Positions 1 through 12,594 of a DNA stretch of 64,000 bases are shown here, piece by piece. The stretch is from Eledone cirrhosa (taxonomy: Eukaryota). The stretch lies in assembly GCA_964016885.1 (NCBI GenBank), contig OZ024742.1, positions 181,102,001 to 181,166,000 of the forward strand, written 5' to 3'. Below the pieces are notes generated by a model. That model was given only the letters and a program-made list of their open reading frames with translations. It was not told where the DNA came from and did no database searches. Both the position numbers and the translations under genes were made by a program. How positions within the stretch are numbered: the stretch's first letter is position 1; each line of letters opens with the position of its first letter.

Positions 1-94
1 ACATGGCTGCAAAGCAAAATCATTAACCTCACAGCCATGCCTGCACCTTAGTAAGAAATCAATATATTTGCTAATATGAAATAGAGATGAGATT

Positions 95-455
95 GTGCCA
101 GCTTAGAGAAGAATCTAGATAAGATTGTAATTGAACCATTAATGTTAGAATATGTAATAAGAGATATATTATTGTTATCATAATATATTTATATATTTGA
201 GGATTTTGTGAATGTGATAAAATACTTGATGGTTCTTTTCAATGATAATTATCTCAGAACATAAGAATTACTTGCATAATTCAAACTGTTTTCTTGCAAA
301 CATATGAGCAACTATGAATGAAAGGATAAACATTGTGTAACATATCTAGCTTCTTCAGCATGCAATAAAGTGATTTCTTCCAGAACAAAGGCAGCATAAT
401 TTTGAAGAAAGAAAGGAAAAGTGACAACTACTTTTTCAATTGTCATTGATCTGTC
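95..455. repeat. Dispersed repeat, inverted homologue of 53630-53965
   Basis: Long shared blocks, e.g. gtaacatatctagcttcttcagcatgcaataaagtgatttcttccagaacaaa and gaatctagataagattgtaattgaacca, match the reverse complement of 53630-53965. Confidence 0.85.
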
Positions 456-839
456 AAGCAGTTACATTATTTATTGATATATTTATTTGATATCTCATTA
501 AGTATCACATTCATCTGTTTTTCTCAAAAGTATTCTAGTATGGATAGTCAATCTGGAAGAGCTTTAGCCTAAAATTTGCTCATGTATTTTGCTTTGGGGG
601 TATTTTCTTTGATGGGGTCTTAGAAAGAAGCAAGAATTTTTTAAGGTTTTGTAGGGATTTATGATAATGCTACTTTTTAGATATACTGATGTTATTAATT
701 CCTGATAACATTGATATACTTCATAAATATATTAATAGCAAATTGGTAGAGTCATTTGGGTATTGGAGTAAATGCCTCAGTATTGTTCCAGCTCACTACA
801 CTGAGTTCAATTTTCCTTGTCAGTATTGTTAAAGTACCA

Positions 840-1245
840 ATCTAGCATGGTGAACTGGTAGAGTCAGTGTTGATAAATAGAGTCATATGTGGTGAACTGG
901 TAGAGTTGGAGGTCAATAAATATAGTACTGGTCTAGTGTGGTGGATTGGTGGAGTCAGTATTGAGTAATAGAGTACCAGTCGAGTGTAGTGAACTAATGA
1001 GATCTGTGTTGATTAATAATAGAGTACTAGTCATATGCTGGACTGGTGGAATCTGTGTTGATTAATAGAGTACTAGTCATATGCTGGACTGGTGGAGTCT
1101 GTGTTGATTAATAGAGTACTAGTCTAGTGTGGTGGACTGGTGGAATCTGTGTTGATTAATAGAGCACTAGTCATATGCTGGACTGGTAGAATCTGTGTTG
1201 ATTAATAGAGTACTAGTCTAGTGTGGTGGACTGGTGGAATCATTA
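840..1245 (+). repeat. Minisatellite, ~45-50-bp unit, apparently SINE-derived
   Basis: Tandem ggactggtggaatctgtgttgattaatagagtactagtc(atatgct/tagtgtggt) units. Confidence 0.85.
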
Positions 1246-1572
1246 GAGAGCCAGATAGAATTCTTTGTATTATTTGCTCCAGCTTTATGTATTCTGTCAA
1301 ACCCTGCTCTCACCTAGCAGACCCATGTTTAAGGGTTTGAAACTCTACTATATACAAACCCTTAGTTAACCGTGAAATAGTATCAAAATCATCCATGCTA
1401 TTGAACTTGTTGAGAGTAAATGATATTGGGTGATGGTGATGATGATGGTGTTGTTGTTGTTAAAGCTATAGGTGAATGAATGGAATACTGAAAACAACTG
1501 AGACTATACATACTATTTAGCTACTTGTTTTGAAATGATTTCAAGTAACATCTGTATAAAGTTAAGACAAGA

Positions 1573-2106
1573 TTAACCCATGCATTAATGTATTTCATTA
1601 GAAATACATTCTTTTTCAATTAATTAATAAATAATATTATCAATAATGTCATTACTAAAATAGCAACATAACAAATGGGAAGGTGCTTGACTTAGTGGTT
1701 AGAGTATCCGATTCACAATCATGAATTTGTGACTTCAATTCCTGGATTGGGCAATGCATTGTGTTCTTGGGCAAGACACTTTATTTCACATTGCTCCAGT
1801 TCACTCAGCTATAAAAAGGAGTTGTGACATTGGACAACATCAATGGTGCGGAGAGGAGAGACTGGTATGTAAGGGCGACTGTTGGTCTTCTACAAACAAC
1901 CTTACCCAGACTTGTGACTCAACAAAGAAACTCTCTAGGTGCCAATCCCATAGTCATTCATGACTGAAGAAGGTCTTTTAACTTAAAATATTCTTATATA
2001 AAATTAGGGTAGGGAATTTTAACTTAACTAGGGACTCTTTAAAATGGGTGATTTTGTTTCATTGAACCAGAGTTAGTATTGGCCAGGTAGGTGTCAAAAG
2101 AGATAA
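1573..2106 (+). mobile_element. TTAA/piggyBac-like MITE (family M1), split by a SINE
   Basis: Begins ttaaccc. The two halves match the uninterrupted copies at 27041-27278 and 46397-46628 (aaatacattct..aattaattaat; aaaatgggtgatttt..gaaccagag). Confidence 0.65.
1678..1980 (+). mobile_element. tRNA-derived SINE with CORE-like body
   Basis: A-box-like gacttagtggttagag, B-box-like gacttcaattcc, then tgtgttcttgggcaagacactttatttcacattgctccag, as in the copy at 62965. Confidence 0.8.
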
Positions 2107-2789
2107 AATATGATTAACTGTTAGTTTTGAAAATATGATCCAGCACGGCTAGAGTTCAATTTCTGAAACTGATGGAATGTTAGTTGTTTTAAGGAGAAAT
2201 TTGAAAACATGAGACAAAATCTCCTTTACTCACAACTTAGTTGTGTTGTTGTTAATCAGTCTCAGATCAACCCTGAATGAGCAGATCTATAATGTAAGTT
2301 AATCCAACTATGACCATCCCATCATTATCCTATGTACAGAGAAACCAGGCCCACATCCAATGCATCTTTCTCTAAGATGATCAAGTGTGACTTGGGAGAG
2401 ATTTCAGGTAATCAACTGAGACTATATTAAAGAAAAATTGCCCAAAGTGCAACTGAGAAACCACTTGGTTATGAAGGAAACTTCTTAACCACACAGTATG
2501 CATTATTATGCCTGTATGCATTAATATTGATGGCTAATTTAGGTATTAAAAAGTATCTTATTTGTGTGTATATTTTCATTCTGTAATAATTATTAACAAT
2601 TTGTAATGTTATTTATACAATTATGAATAAACATTATATATTTCTAAAAGAAAAATAAACTTGAAACAGTTTATGCAGAATATATGTATGCTGACTTTTT
2701 CTCTGTAAGAAATTCTATTCTGACCAAAATTCAGTGAAAAATAACGTTGGTGTAACTGTCTTTAAATCTATCAATGGAGGTTAAGGGTC

Positions 2790-2962
2790 AGTCTGCTTCA
2801 TGGCCCCTGCAGACTGGATGGAGAAGACATTGCTCTGAAAGATACTGAGGGAAATGTGCTGGAACTGCCACTCCACCTCACTGGGCTCACGCTTGCCGGT
2901 AGGTAGCCCTGCTCCGATAGCAGTGAGTAGGGATGTGGTCTCAGAGTGAAGAATGCTGCAAG
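2790..2962 (-). mobile_element. CRE-clade non-LTR retrotransposon relic (C-terminus of restriction-like endonuclease)
   Basis: A minus frame reads ILHSETTSLLTAIGAGLPTGKREPSEVEWQFQHISLSIFQSNVFSIQSAG, resembling the CRE terminal motif LFQRISxAIxRGNAxSI. Confidence 0.6.
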
Positions 2963-3100
2963 GCCAGCAAACTTACTTGTGGGAAAAGCAAAGCTGATTA
3001 AGTCAACCCTAGTTAACAGATACCTTATTTTATCAATCCCAGTAGGATGAAGGGCAAAGTTTACCTTGGTGAGATTTGAATTCAAAATGTAAAGAACCAG
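2960..3100 (-). mobile_element. Nin/Deu-core SINE fragment
   Basis: Reverse complement contains actttgcccttcatcctactgggattgataaaataaggtatc. Confidence 0.7.
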
Positions 3101-3724
3101 AACTACACCTATTAATACTAATATAGAGGTAATTCAATGACTATTAAGTATCAAGTATTCTTTCATGTAGAATTTAGCTGATTTTACTACCAACATATTT
3201 AATTGTTCATTTAGATCATGGGTTCTATAAGTTGTCCATATAGACACATGGGGATGAATAACGTTTTGGCAAAGGTGAATATGAAATTAGGGATCGTTAA
3301 AAGGTGAATTTAGTAGTTTGCACTTATCAGGATCATGTAGATTAGCTATCAGATATCGTACACTGAGCCATTAAAGGTGAATTTACATTTATAGTTTACT
3401 GATTCTTTTCCATTACGTTGCATTAAATTCGTTATATTTTGTAATTTTATATTCAATTTGTTTGATGTTGAATAGAAATTAAATTTTCTTAAAAGGCGGT
3501 CTATCTAGTAAAATATTGAGAAGCCCTGATTTAAACCCACCTAGTAATAACGATTTCTAATGTAGGCACAAGGCCAGCAATTTGAGGGGAATTGTGTAAA
3601 ATACAGAAAATTTACCCAAAATGTTCCTATTATTTTACACTTTACTTAAACAAACTACCTCAGTGATGGTAAACATATTTAGTTTGAAGTAACAACATTC
3701 ATAATCCTGTTATTGCAGTGTCAA

Positions 3725-4060
3725 GCAGTGAATTGGCAGAGCCATTAGAGCATGATATGGAATGTTTTACAGTATTTGTTCTGGCACTCTGAGCTCTGAG
3801 TTCAAATTTGCCTTTCATACTTTTTAGGTTGATAGATAAAGTATCAGTCAAGTACTTGGATGGATTCTTCCTCTATATCTGTTTCTCATTTGTTCTCTAA
3901 CATTCTATCATCTCTGGCAGAAATTGGCATTACTGAAACCTGGAGAGGGTATAGGCTCTGCCAGGTTTAATGTGCCCCAAAAATGCCATCTTTCACTACA
4001 GCATACCTACAACGCCACCAAGTGTCACAAGTCTATACATACATATTGGAATGTGACATA
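3725..4060 (+). mobile_element. Nin/Deu-core SINE with extended 3' part
   Basis: Head gtgaattggcagagccattagagc, B-box gagttcaaat, core tttgcctttcat. The 3' block ctctgccaggtttaa is shared with the copy at 12595-12940. Confidence 0.7.
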
Positions 4061-4147
4061 TATATATATATATATATATTCTTTTACTCTTTTACTTGTT
4101 CCAGCCATCCGGCTGAGGCCATGCTGGGGCACTGCCCTTATATAGTT

Positions 4148-4460
4148 CAGGTTAGTGGCTTAATGGTTAGAGCTTCAAATCATGATTGTAAGGTCATCAA
4201 TTTGATGCCCAGCCGCATGTGTCCATGATACTTCATTTCTTGTGGCCCCCATCCACACATCTGACAAAAATGATTTATACCTAAAATTCAAAAGGCCAGC
4301 CTTATCACATACTGTCATGTTGAATTTCCCTGAAAGTTATGTTAAGGGTCTACATATCTGGAATGCTCAGTCATTTGCACATTAAATTCATGAACAAGCT
4401 GTTCCATTGTTGAAACAATTGGAACACTCTTCACCAGGACCAATGGAGGTCCAACACAAA
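4148..4460 (+). mobile_element. Degenerate tRNA-derived SINE
   Basis: tggcttaatggttagagc head followed by a decayed CORE-like block. Confidence 0.55.
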
Positions 4461-4519
4461 TGTGTATTCATGTTTTTTTTAGTTTTAGTTAAACAATTTT
4501 AGATAAGCTGTCTATTTTT

Positions 4520-4640
4520 CTACTACTACCACCACCACCACTACTGCTACTACCACCACTACTAAAATACTACTACTACTACTAGCACCACTACCACTAC
4601 TAATACTAATACTACCACCACCACTACTACCATTACTAAA
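4520..4640. repeat. (CTA/CCA)n microsatellite
   Basis: Direct inspection. Confidence 0.9.
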
Positions 4641-4665
4641 AGTACTCAATGGACAGGTTGTCATG

Positions 4666-4894
4666 TTAACCCTTCAGCATTTAAACTGGCCGTATCTGGC
4701 CAGAATTCTCCCACCTCTTTCTTTTCAAACTGGCTGTAACTGACTGCTCATACCAACATTAAGGTATTGTTCTCAAAATAAATAATATCAAAATCTCATA
4801 GATTCGATACTGTGTGAGATAATTATATAAGATAAAGCTTTTTCTGTGAAAATACAACAGTAAATATAGAATAATATACATGCTAAAGGTTTAA
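4666..4894 (+). mobile_element. TTAA/piggyBac-like MITE (family M2)
   Basis: TTAA-flanked TIRs ttaacccttcagcat ... atgctaaaggtttaa. An inverted homologue lies at 29668-29878. Confidence 0.75.
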
Positions 4895-5160
4895 ACCACT
4901 CATATATATCACAGAACAATTGGACTCATAACACAAGAAGAACAAATCTTACAAGGCATCTCATCAATGACTAACATTTCTGCCAGGCCTCCACCCTCAA
5001 CTGGTACTTATTTTTTTTTAGCACGAAAGCATAAAAGTTGACTTTGGTGAGAATTGAACTATGAACACAGGTTTTCGCAGCGTGATACCTTCAATTGACA
5101 AGACTGTATCTTATAGGAGTTTACTTAGGTGTTTTAATGTATATTGTTTTAATGTATATT

Positions 5161-8100
5161 GTTTAGGAAGGGCATCCAGCCAGTGTATCAATGCCAAAAC
5201 GATTATAAGCACAGCAACAAGTATATAGGAACAACAAAAATATGAAGACTTCGCATCTCAGAGTTGCAACACTTAATGTTGGCACACTCACAGGTAGATC
5301 TGCTGAAATAGCGGAGATACTGGAGAGAAGGCATGTGGATGTGTGCTGCGTGCAAGAGGTGAGATGGAGAGGTGCCACAGCGAGACTAGTCGCAGGCAAA
5401 CATCTTAGCTATAAGCTTTTCTGAGTAGGTAAGGATGATGGGTTAGGGGGAGTAGGCATTTTCCTGGCTGAGAGATTGATCAATAAGACAATAGAGGTAG
5501 TTCGAGTTAGTAATCGAATAATTAAGCTGAGATTAGTTGTAGGCAGGAGACTACTGACAATCATCTCTGCCTATGCTCCCCAAGCAGGCCTAGGTAAAGA
5601 AGAGAAAGACTGCTTTTACGAGCAACTTTTACAAACAACCGCAATGACAGAGGATGGAGACATCATTATGCTAGCAGGGGAATTCAATGGTCATGTTGGA
5701 CAGCTCCAGGATGGTTACACTGGGGTACATGGTGGGCACGGTTACGGCTCAAGAAATGAAGAAGGAGTAAGACTTCTTGAATTTTGTGATGCAAGTACAC
5801 TGACTATTTGCAACGCTAACTTCCAGAAACCTGCCAACCACCTAATAACCTAGAAATCAGGCGAGCACATAAGCCAGATTGATTTCTTACTAGTTAGGCA
5901 GCGGGACAGGCAGATGGTGTCAAATACCAAGGCATACCCTGTGGAACAATGTACCCCACAGCATAGGTTAGTCGTTAGTGATATCTCAGTAAGCAAGAGA
6001 TGGAATGAGACATACAGGAAGGTGTGGAGAAGAAAGGTCTGGAAGCTAAAAGACCTTTCACTAAAATACAAAGTTAGGAAAGCCCTTCAAGATGTGTATG
6101 ACGAAAAAGAAGACGATTTAGAGAGGTATGACATAGATAATAACAGGAATTTCTTACGTGACAACTTACTTCAGACTACTGATGAAACTTGTGGCTAGAG
6201 CAGAGCTCCAACTAGACAGAGAGTGACCTGGTGGTGGGACAGCACAGTAGATAAGGCCATTAGAAATAAAGACTAGCATGGAAGGCTTGGAAAAAGGGTG
6301 GGAGTAGAGAAGGATATACAGCCGCTAAGAGAGAAGCTAGATGTCAGGTGTACTTAGCACGCAGGGAGGCTGAGAGTAGGAAGTTTGCTAATGTTCTGCG
6401 ACGGGAAGATAAGAGGCGTGTGGTGTTCCACATTGCAAGGCAGTGTGTCAATGCAAATCAGGATGTTGTTGGAGATAAATGTGTCTGGAATGATGCCGGT
6501 GTACTTAGTGGCACGAAAGATCAGAAAAAGGAGGCCTGAAAATGTCATTAAGAGAGACTGATGAATGTGGAGAACAAATGGGAGAGAGAGAAATTACCCT
6601 CAGTATATCCGACAGAGGGACCAGCTATTGAGATTGACGAATATAGGGTCCAAGAGGCGATTAAGGAAATGAAAAATGGTAAGGCTGCTGGACCGTCGGA
6701 GAGAGTTGCTGAGATGCTTAAGGCATCAGGGGACGTAGGCCATAACTGGTTGCATGCATCATCAATCGGGCTATATATGGTGGTGTCATAACTAAAGACT
6801 GGTGCAGCAGTATTCTCATAAATTGCTGCAAAGGTAAAGGGGATGCTCTGGAGAGGGGTATAAAACTGATGGATCAGGTTATGAAAGTGGCAGAAAGGAT
6901 ATTAGCACAACTAATTAGAGAAAGGGTCAAACTAGATGAGATGCAGTTTGGTTTTGTGCCTGGGAAGAGTACAACAGATGCCCTCTTCTTGGTGAGACAA
7001 TTACAAGAGAGGTTCTTAGAGAAGAATAAGCCACTATACTTAGCCTTTTTTTACCTAGAGAAGGCCTTTGATAGGGTACCCCGATCTGTCATCTGGTGGT
7101 CCCTAAGGAAACTAGGTGTTGAAGAATGGCTTGTGAGGACAGTGCAAACTTTGTACAGAGGTGCTGTCAATAAAGTCAGGGTAGGAATGGAGTTTAGTGA
7201 GGAGTTCTAGATACAAGAATGAGTACATCAAGTTTCGGTCCTCAGCCCGCTCTTGTTCATTATAGTCCTCCAAGCCATAACAGAGGAGTTTAAGACTGGC
7301 TGTCCATGGGAACTTCTCTATGCTGACGATCTGGTTCTTATAGCAGAATCAGTAGAGGAGCTAGAGAATAAATTCTGGCTATGGAAACAGCAGTTGGAAG
7401 CAAGAGGACTGAGAGTGAACCTAGCTAAGACAAAAGTGTTCATGAGTAGAAAAAAGGACAAAACTCTGATTCCATCAGGGAAATGGCCATGTTCGATATG
7501 CAGAAAAGGAACTGGCATAAATTCTATAAAATGCACACAATGCAGATCCTGGGTACACAAGAGATGTAGTTGGATAGCAGGCAAACAAACCGATAAGGAG
7601 AAATACGTATGCAATAGATGTACAGGGAAATTAGACAGTAGAAGTCGTATTGATAGACACATTTTTCCAATGATAGACACATTTTTCCAATGCAGGTGGG
7701 TGCTATAGAAGTGGTGGATAGCTTCTAGTACCTAGGAGATCAGACTAGCATGGGAGGCGGGTGTTCCGAGGCCATAGTATCTAGAATAAAGACGGGTTGG
7801 AAGAAGTTTAGGGAGCTGCTTCCTCTGCTGACGAAGAAAGGTTTCTCCCTGCATATGAAAGGCGAGTTATATGATGCCTGTGTGAGGAGCGTGATGCTGC
7901 ATGGTAGTGAGACATGGGCAGCAACTGCAGAGGATATGCGACGGCTGGAGAGAAATGAGGCAAGCATGCTCCATTGGATGTGCAATGTCAATGTGCATGA
8001 ACAACCCAGCATGAATGTGTTGAGAGAGAAACTGTGTCTGAGAGGGATAGAATGTAGTGTGCGAAAGAGGAAACTGAGGTGGTATGGACCTTTGATGCGC

Positions 8101-8345
8101 ATGGAGGATGACCGATGGGTGAAGAAGTGCCAGGAAATGCCAGTTGAAGGAAGACGTAGTAGAGGTAGACCATGAAAAACATGGGCGGAGGTGGTGAGAA
8201 CAGACCTCAGATCGCTGAAGCTCATGGTGGAGATGACAAAGGAACGTGACAAGTGGAGAGATGCTGTGCTGAATAAGACCTGTCCCACCCTTGCAAGCAG
8301 GGAGAGGGCGGACGTAAAATAATGATGATGATGATGATGATGATT
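5161..8345 (+). mobile_element. Near full-length RTE-clade LINE (APE endonuclease, RT, PHD finger), decayed
   Basis: APE motifs VATLNVGTL, CCVQEVRW, SAYAPQ, GEFNGHVG, IDFLL, QHRLV. RT motifs QFGFVPGKSTTDA, LEKAFDRV, LLYADDLVL. Thumb motifs HGSETW, LRWYG. 3' tail gtcccacccttgcaagcaggga..gacgtaaa(atg)n. Multiple stops and frameshifts, including a 20-bp tandem duplication at 7651-7690. Confidence 0.95.
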
Positions 8346-9373
8346 GTTATAGCTCACACCTATATAATTTTAGCTGGCCTCCAACGAGGTTATATCCCAA
8401 AGGAGGCTCCTTGTGTATTTTACTGATAGGGCTGTAGTCCTATTATACACACATTTATGTATGTTGTTGTTTCAGCTCACACCTATGTAGCTTTAACTTG
8501 TCCCTTATGAGGTATCTTTTCAGAGGATTTTTGTGTGTTTCAATGATAGGGGCCCCCAGTCATATCACAAATGCATAAAATGAATTGTCTTTTTCAAGAA
8601 CACGTTGTGCTGCTTGGTCCAGGAATTGAATTCACATTATGACTAAGCAGAAATCATATCTAGTAGAATGCTTATCCACTATCTACTTATTGTCATAGAG
8701 AATGCCTGATAGCTATTGAAAGGCTGGTTATAAATGACACTTTCTATAACAGCTGGATGAGAGAAAAAAAAAACTGAAGAGAGATAATAAGAGGTACTAA
8801 ATGAAAAATGGACTCAGATTGTAGCAAGGAAATATATTAGGTTTGGTAAAATATTAGAGGCAGGAAGAATAGAATCTGTGCAAGAACGAAGAACCAATTT
8901 GGAAGAAAGGAAATGTAGAAAAGATAAACAAATAAATAAGTAAAAAGTATAGTTAATATTTTTTTAGTCATTTATATAGATATATAATCACATAGAGATA
9001 CATACACATACACACAGTAGCTCATATATATCTACATGTGTGTGTGTGTGTATTGATGTAAGTTTTATGTGTATGTTTATCATACTTTTGCACCTACTTT
9101 CTATGTTGGCAATAAATATACATACATACATAAACAAACAATACACACAAATGCACATACACACACCTTTATATAGATTTATCTATGTATAAATATATAA
9201 ATATAAATATATATATGTATAAATATCATCATCATGCATATATAAATGCACATTTATATGATTTATATGATTCATATGCATGGAAATACATTAACAGATA
9301 AGCATTGTATATACTTACATATATATTATATATACTATCATCACCAATTTACATTTGCAGATGTAAAACGATG

Positions 9374-9763
<390 letters not shown>

Positions 9764-10094
9764 ACATATATATATATACACTCACACGCATATAATTTTT
9801 CATTTAAAATTATGTTAATGACTGAAGAAGCTTGATGAAACTCTAAACAGACAGGCCTGAAGAATTACTCATACACAAAAAAACACCAACAATATAGAAC
9901 CAAGAAACCAAAACCACCACCATCATCTACCATGCCACCACCACGAACCAAAACACCACCAACAACAAGAACAACAACACTACCAACAATGCCACCACCA
10001 TCATCAACACTGTCATAACCCCCACCTAGACCACTATCAACAGCAGCACCAACAACAACAGCACCACTACTAACAATACCGCCCTCATCAACAG

Positions 10095-10850
10095 CAACCA
10101 TCACTACCATTAAATGCACCACAACCATCACTACCATTAAATGCACCACAACCATCACTACCATTAAATGCACCACAACCATCACTACCATTAAATGCAC
10201 CACAACCATCACTACCATTAAATGCACCACAACCATCACTACCATTAAATACACCACAACCATCACTACCATTAAATGCACCACAACCATCACTACCATT
10301 AAATGCACCACAACCATCACTACCATTAAATGCACCACAACCATCACTACCATTAAATACACCACAACCATCACTACCATTAAATGCACCACAACCATCA
10401 CTACCATTAAATGCACCACAACTATCACTACCATTAAATGCACCACAACCATCACTACCATTAAATGCACCACAACCATCACTACCATTAAATACACCAC
10501 AACCATCACTACCATTAAATGCACCACAACCATCACTACCATTAAATGCACCACAACCATCACTACCATTAAATGCACCACAACCATCACTACCATTAAA
10601 TGCACCACAACCATCACTACTATTAAATGCACCACAACCATCACTACCATTAAATGCACCACAACCATCACTACCATTAAATGCACCACAACCATCACTA
10701 CCATTAAATGCACCACAACTATCACTACCATTAAATGCACCACAACCATCACTACCATTAAATGCACCACAACCATCACTACCATTAAATGCACCACAAC
10801 CATCACTACCATTAAATGCACCACAACCATCACTACCATTAAATGCACCA
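10095..10850. repeat. 27-bp minisatellite, about 28 near-identical copies
   Basis: Unit accatcactaccattaaatgcaccaca; explains the 9-aa periodic ORFs. Confidence 0.97.
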
Positions 10851-11149
10851 CCACTATTAACATCATTGCCACCACCACCATCACCACCACCTTCACCACT
10901 AACCACAACAATAACATAAAAACCAACAAACAAATTTAACAAAAAAATATATAGATACACCGGCTTTTGGAAACCATTCAGAATGAAACTCCAAAAAATC
11001 TTCAGTTTTAAGAATACAAAAATCTCCAGTATTCCATTATGAAGAAAATGGTAAAGAAAAGCTAGACATTGGAGAGAAATATAACCACTTGTGCTTGATT
11101 TATAGCTAACAGATCAAACATGTTAGTTTCTCTTATATACAACGGATAC

Positions 11150-12170
11150 AAACAGCATAACAACAACTGCATAGAGATAAATATAATAACAACAACAGCA
11201 TAGAGATAAATATAATAACAACATAGACATAAATATAATAACAACAACAAGATAGAGATAAATATAATAACAACATAGAAATAAATATAATAACAACAGC
11301 AACATATATACAAATATCACCACAACAACAACAACATAGAGACAAACATCACAACAACATAGAGACAAACATCACAACAGCATAGATACAAACATCACAA
11401 CAACAACAAAATAGATACAAACATCATAACAACAACATAGAGACAAACATCACAACATAGATACAAACATCACAATAACAACATAGAGACAAACATCACA
11501 ACAACATAGAGACAAACATCACAATAACAACATAGAGACAAACATCACAACAACATAGAAACAAACATCACAATAACAACATAGAGACAAACATCACCAC
11601 AACATAGAGACAAGCATCACAATAACAACATAAAGACAAACATCACAACAACATAGATACAAACATCACAACAACACACGTACAAACATCACAACAACAA
11701 CATAGAGATAAACATCACAACAATAACACAACTACAAATATCACAAAAACATAAAGACAAACAATATAACAACAACATAGAGATAAACATCACAACAATA
11801 ACACAACTACAAACATCACAACAACATAGAGACCAACAATATAACAACAACATAGATACAAACATCACAACAATAACACAAGTACAAACATCACAACAAT
11901 AACACAAGTACAAACATCACAACAACATAGTGACAAAGAATATAACAACAACAGATACAAGTATCACAACAACAACAAAAAACCCACAAATACCAACATC
12001 ACAACAACACAGGTACAAATATCACAACAACAATAACAGACAAACACACACCAGTACTATAACAAGCAACCAATATCAACTACAATAGCATAGAAACATC
12101 ACAACAACGAACACACCAATACCATTACCACCAACAATATCAACAACATATATAGACAATACAACAACAA
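11150..12170. repeat. Degenerate ~23-29-bp A/C-rich minisatellite
   Basis: Units like caacatagagacaaacatcacaa. Confidence 0.9.
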
Positions 12171-12311
12171 AACTGACAAACATAAAATATTTTAATGCCT
12201 AACAAGTTGATATTCTGGAACATTTTATTGGAGGCAACATGACATATTATGAAATATTTATTATATTGAAATATACACACAGTCACACATGCATGCACAC
12301 ACATATTACAT

Positions 12312-12530
12312 AATAATTGTTTCTACTTTAGGCACAAGGCCAGCAATTTGAAGGGAAAGGAAAGTCGATTAAATCGATCCAGTGCATTACTGGTGCTTTA
12401 TTTAGTTGACTCCAGAAGGATGAAAGGCAAAGCTAACCTCTGCAGGATTTGGACTCAGAACGTTAAGGGCCATAACTCTATGCCATGAAGCATGTTGTCC
12501 GACGCTCTACCGATTCTGCCAATCCACAGC
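12312..12530 (-). mobile_element. Full-length Nin/Deu-core tRNA SINE
   Basis: Reverse complement: gtggattggcagaatcggtagagcgtcgg...gagtccaaatcc...tttgcctttcatcc...tgctggccttgtgcctaaagtagaaacaattatta. Confidence 0.85.
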
Positions 12531-12594
12531 CCTATTGTGCACAGCAATATGTGGGCTACAATCTAGTTTCACATTGAAGATATTGATACGGTGT

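Noticed and set aside
2790-2900. + strand exon (PCRLDGEDIALKDTEGNVLELPLHL, donor-like g/gtaggt)
   Set aside because: The antisense frame matches a CRE endonuclease C-terminus better.
9865-10960. 354-aa and 290-aa repetitive ORFs (VVHLMVVMV / GAFNGSDGC)
   Set aside because: A 27-bp unit without stops is open by chance; no unique coding flanks or convincing splice sites.
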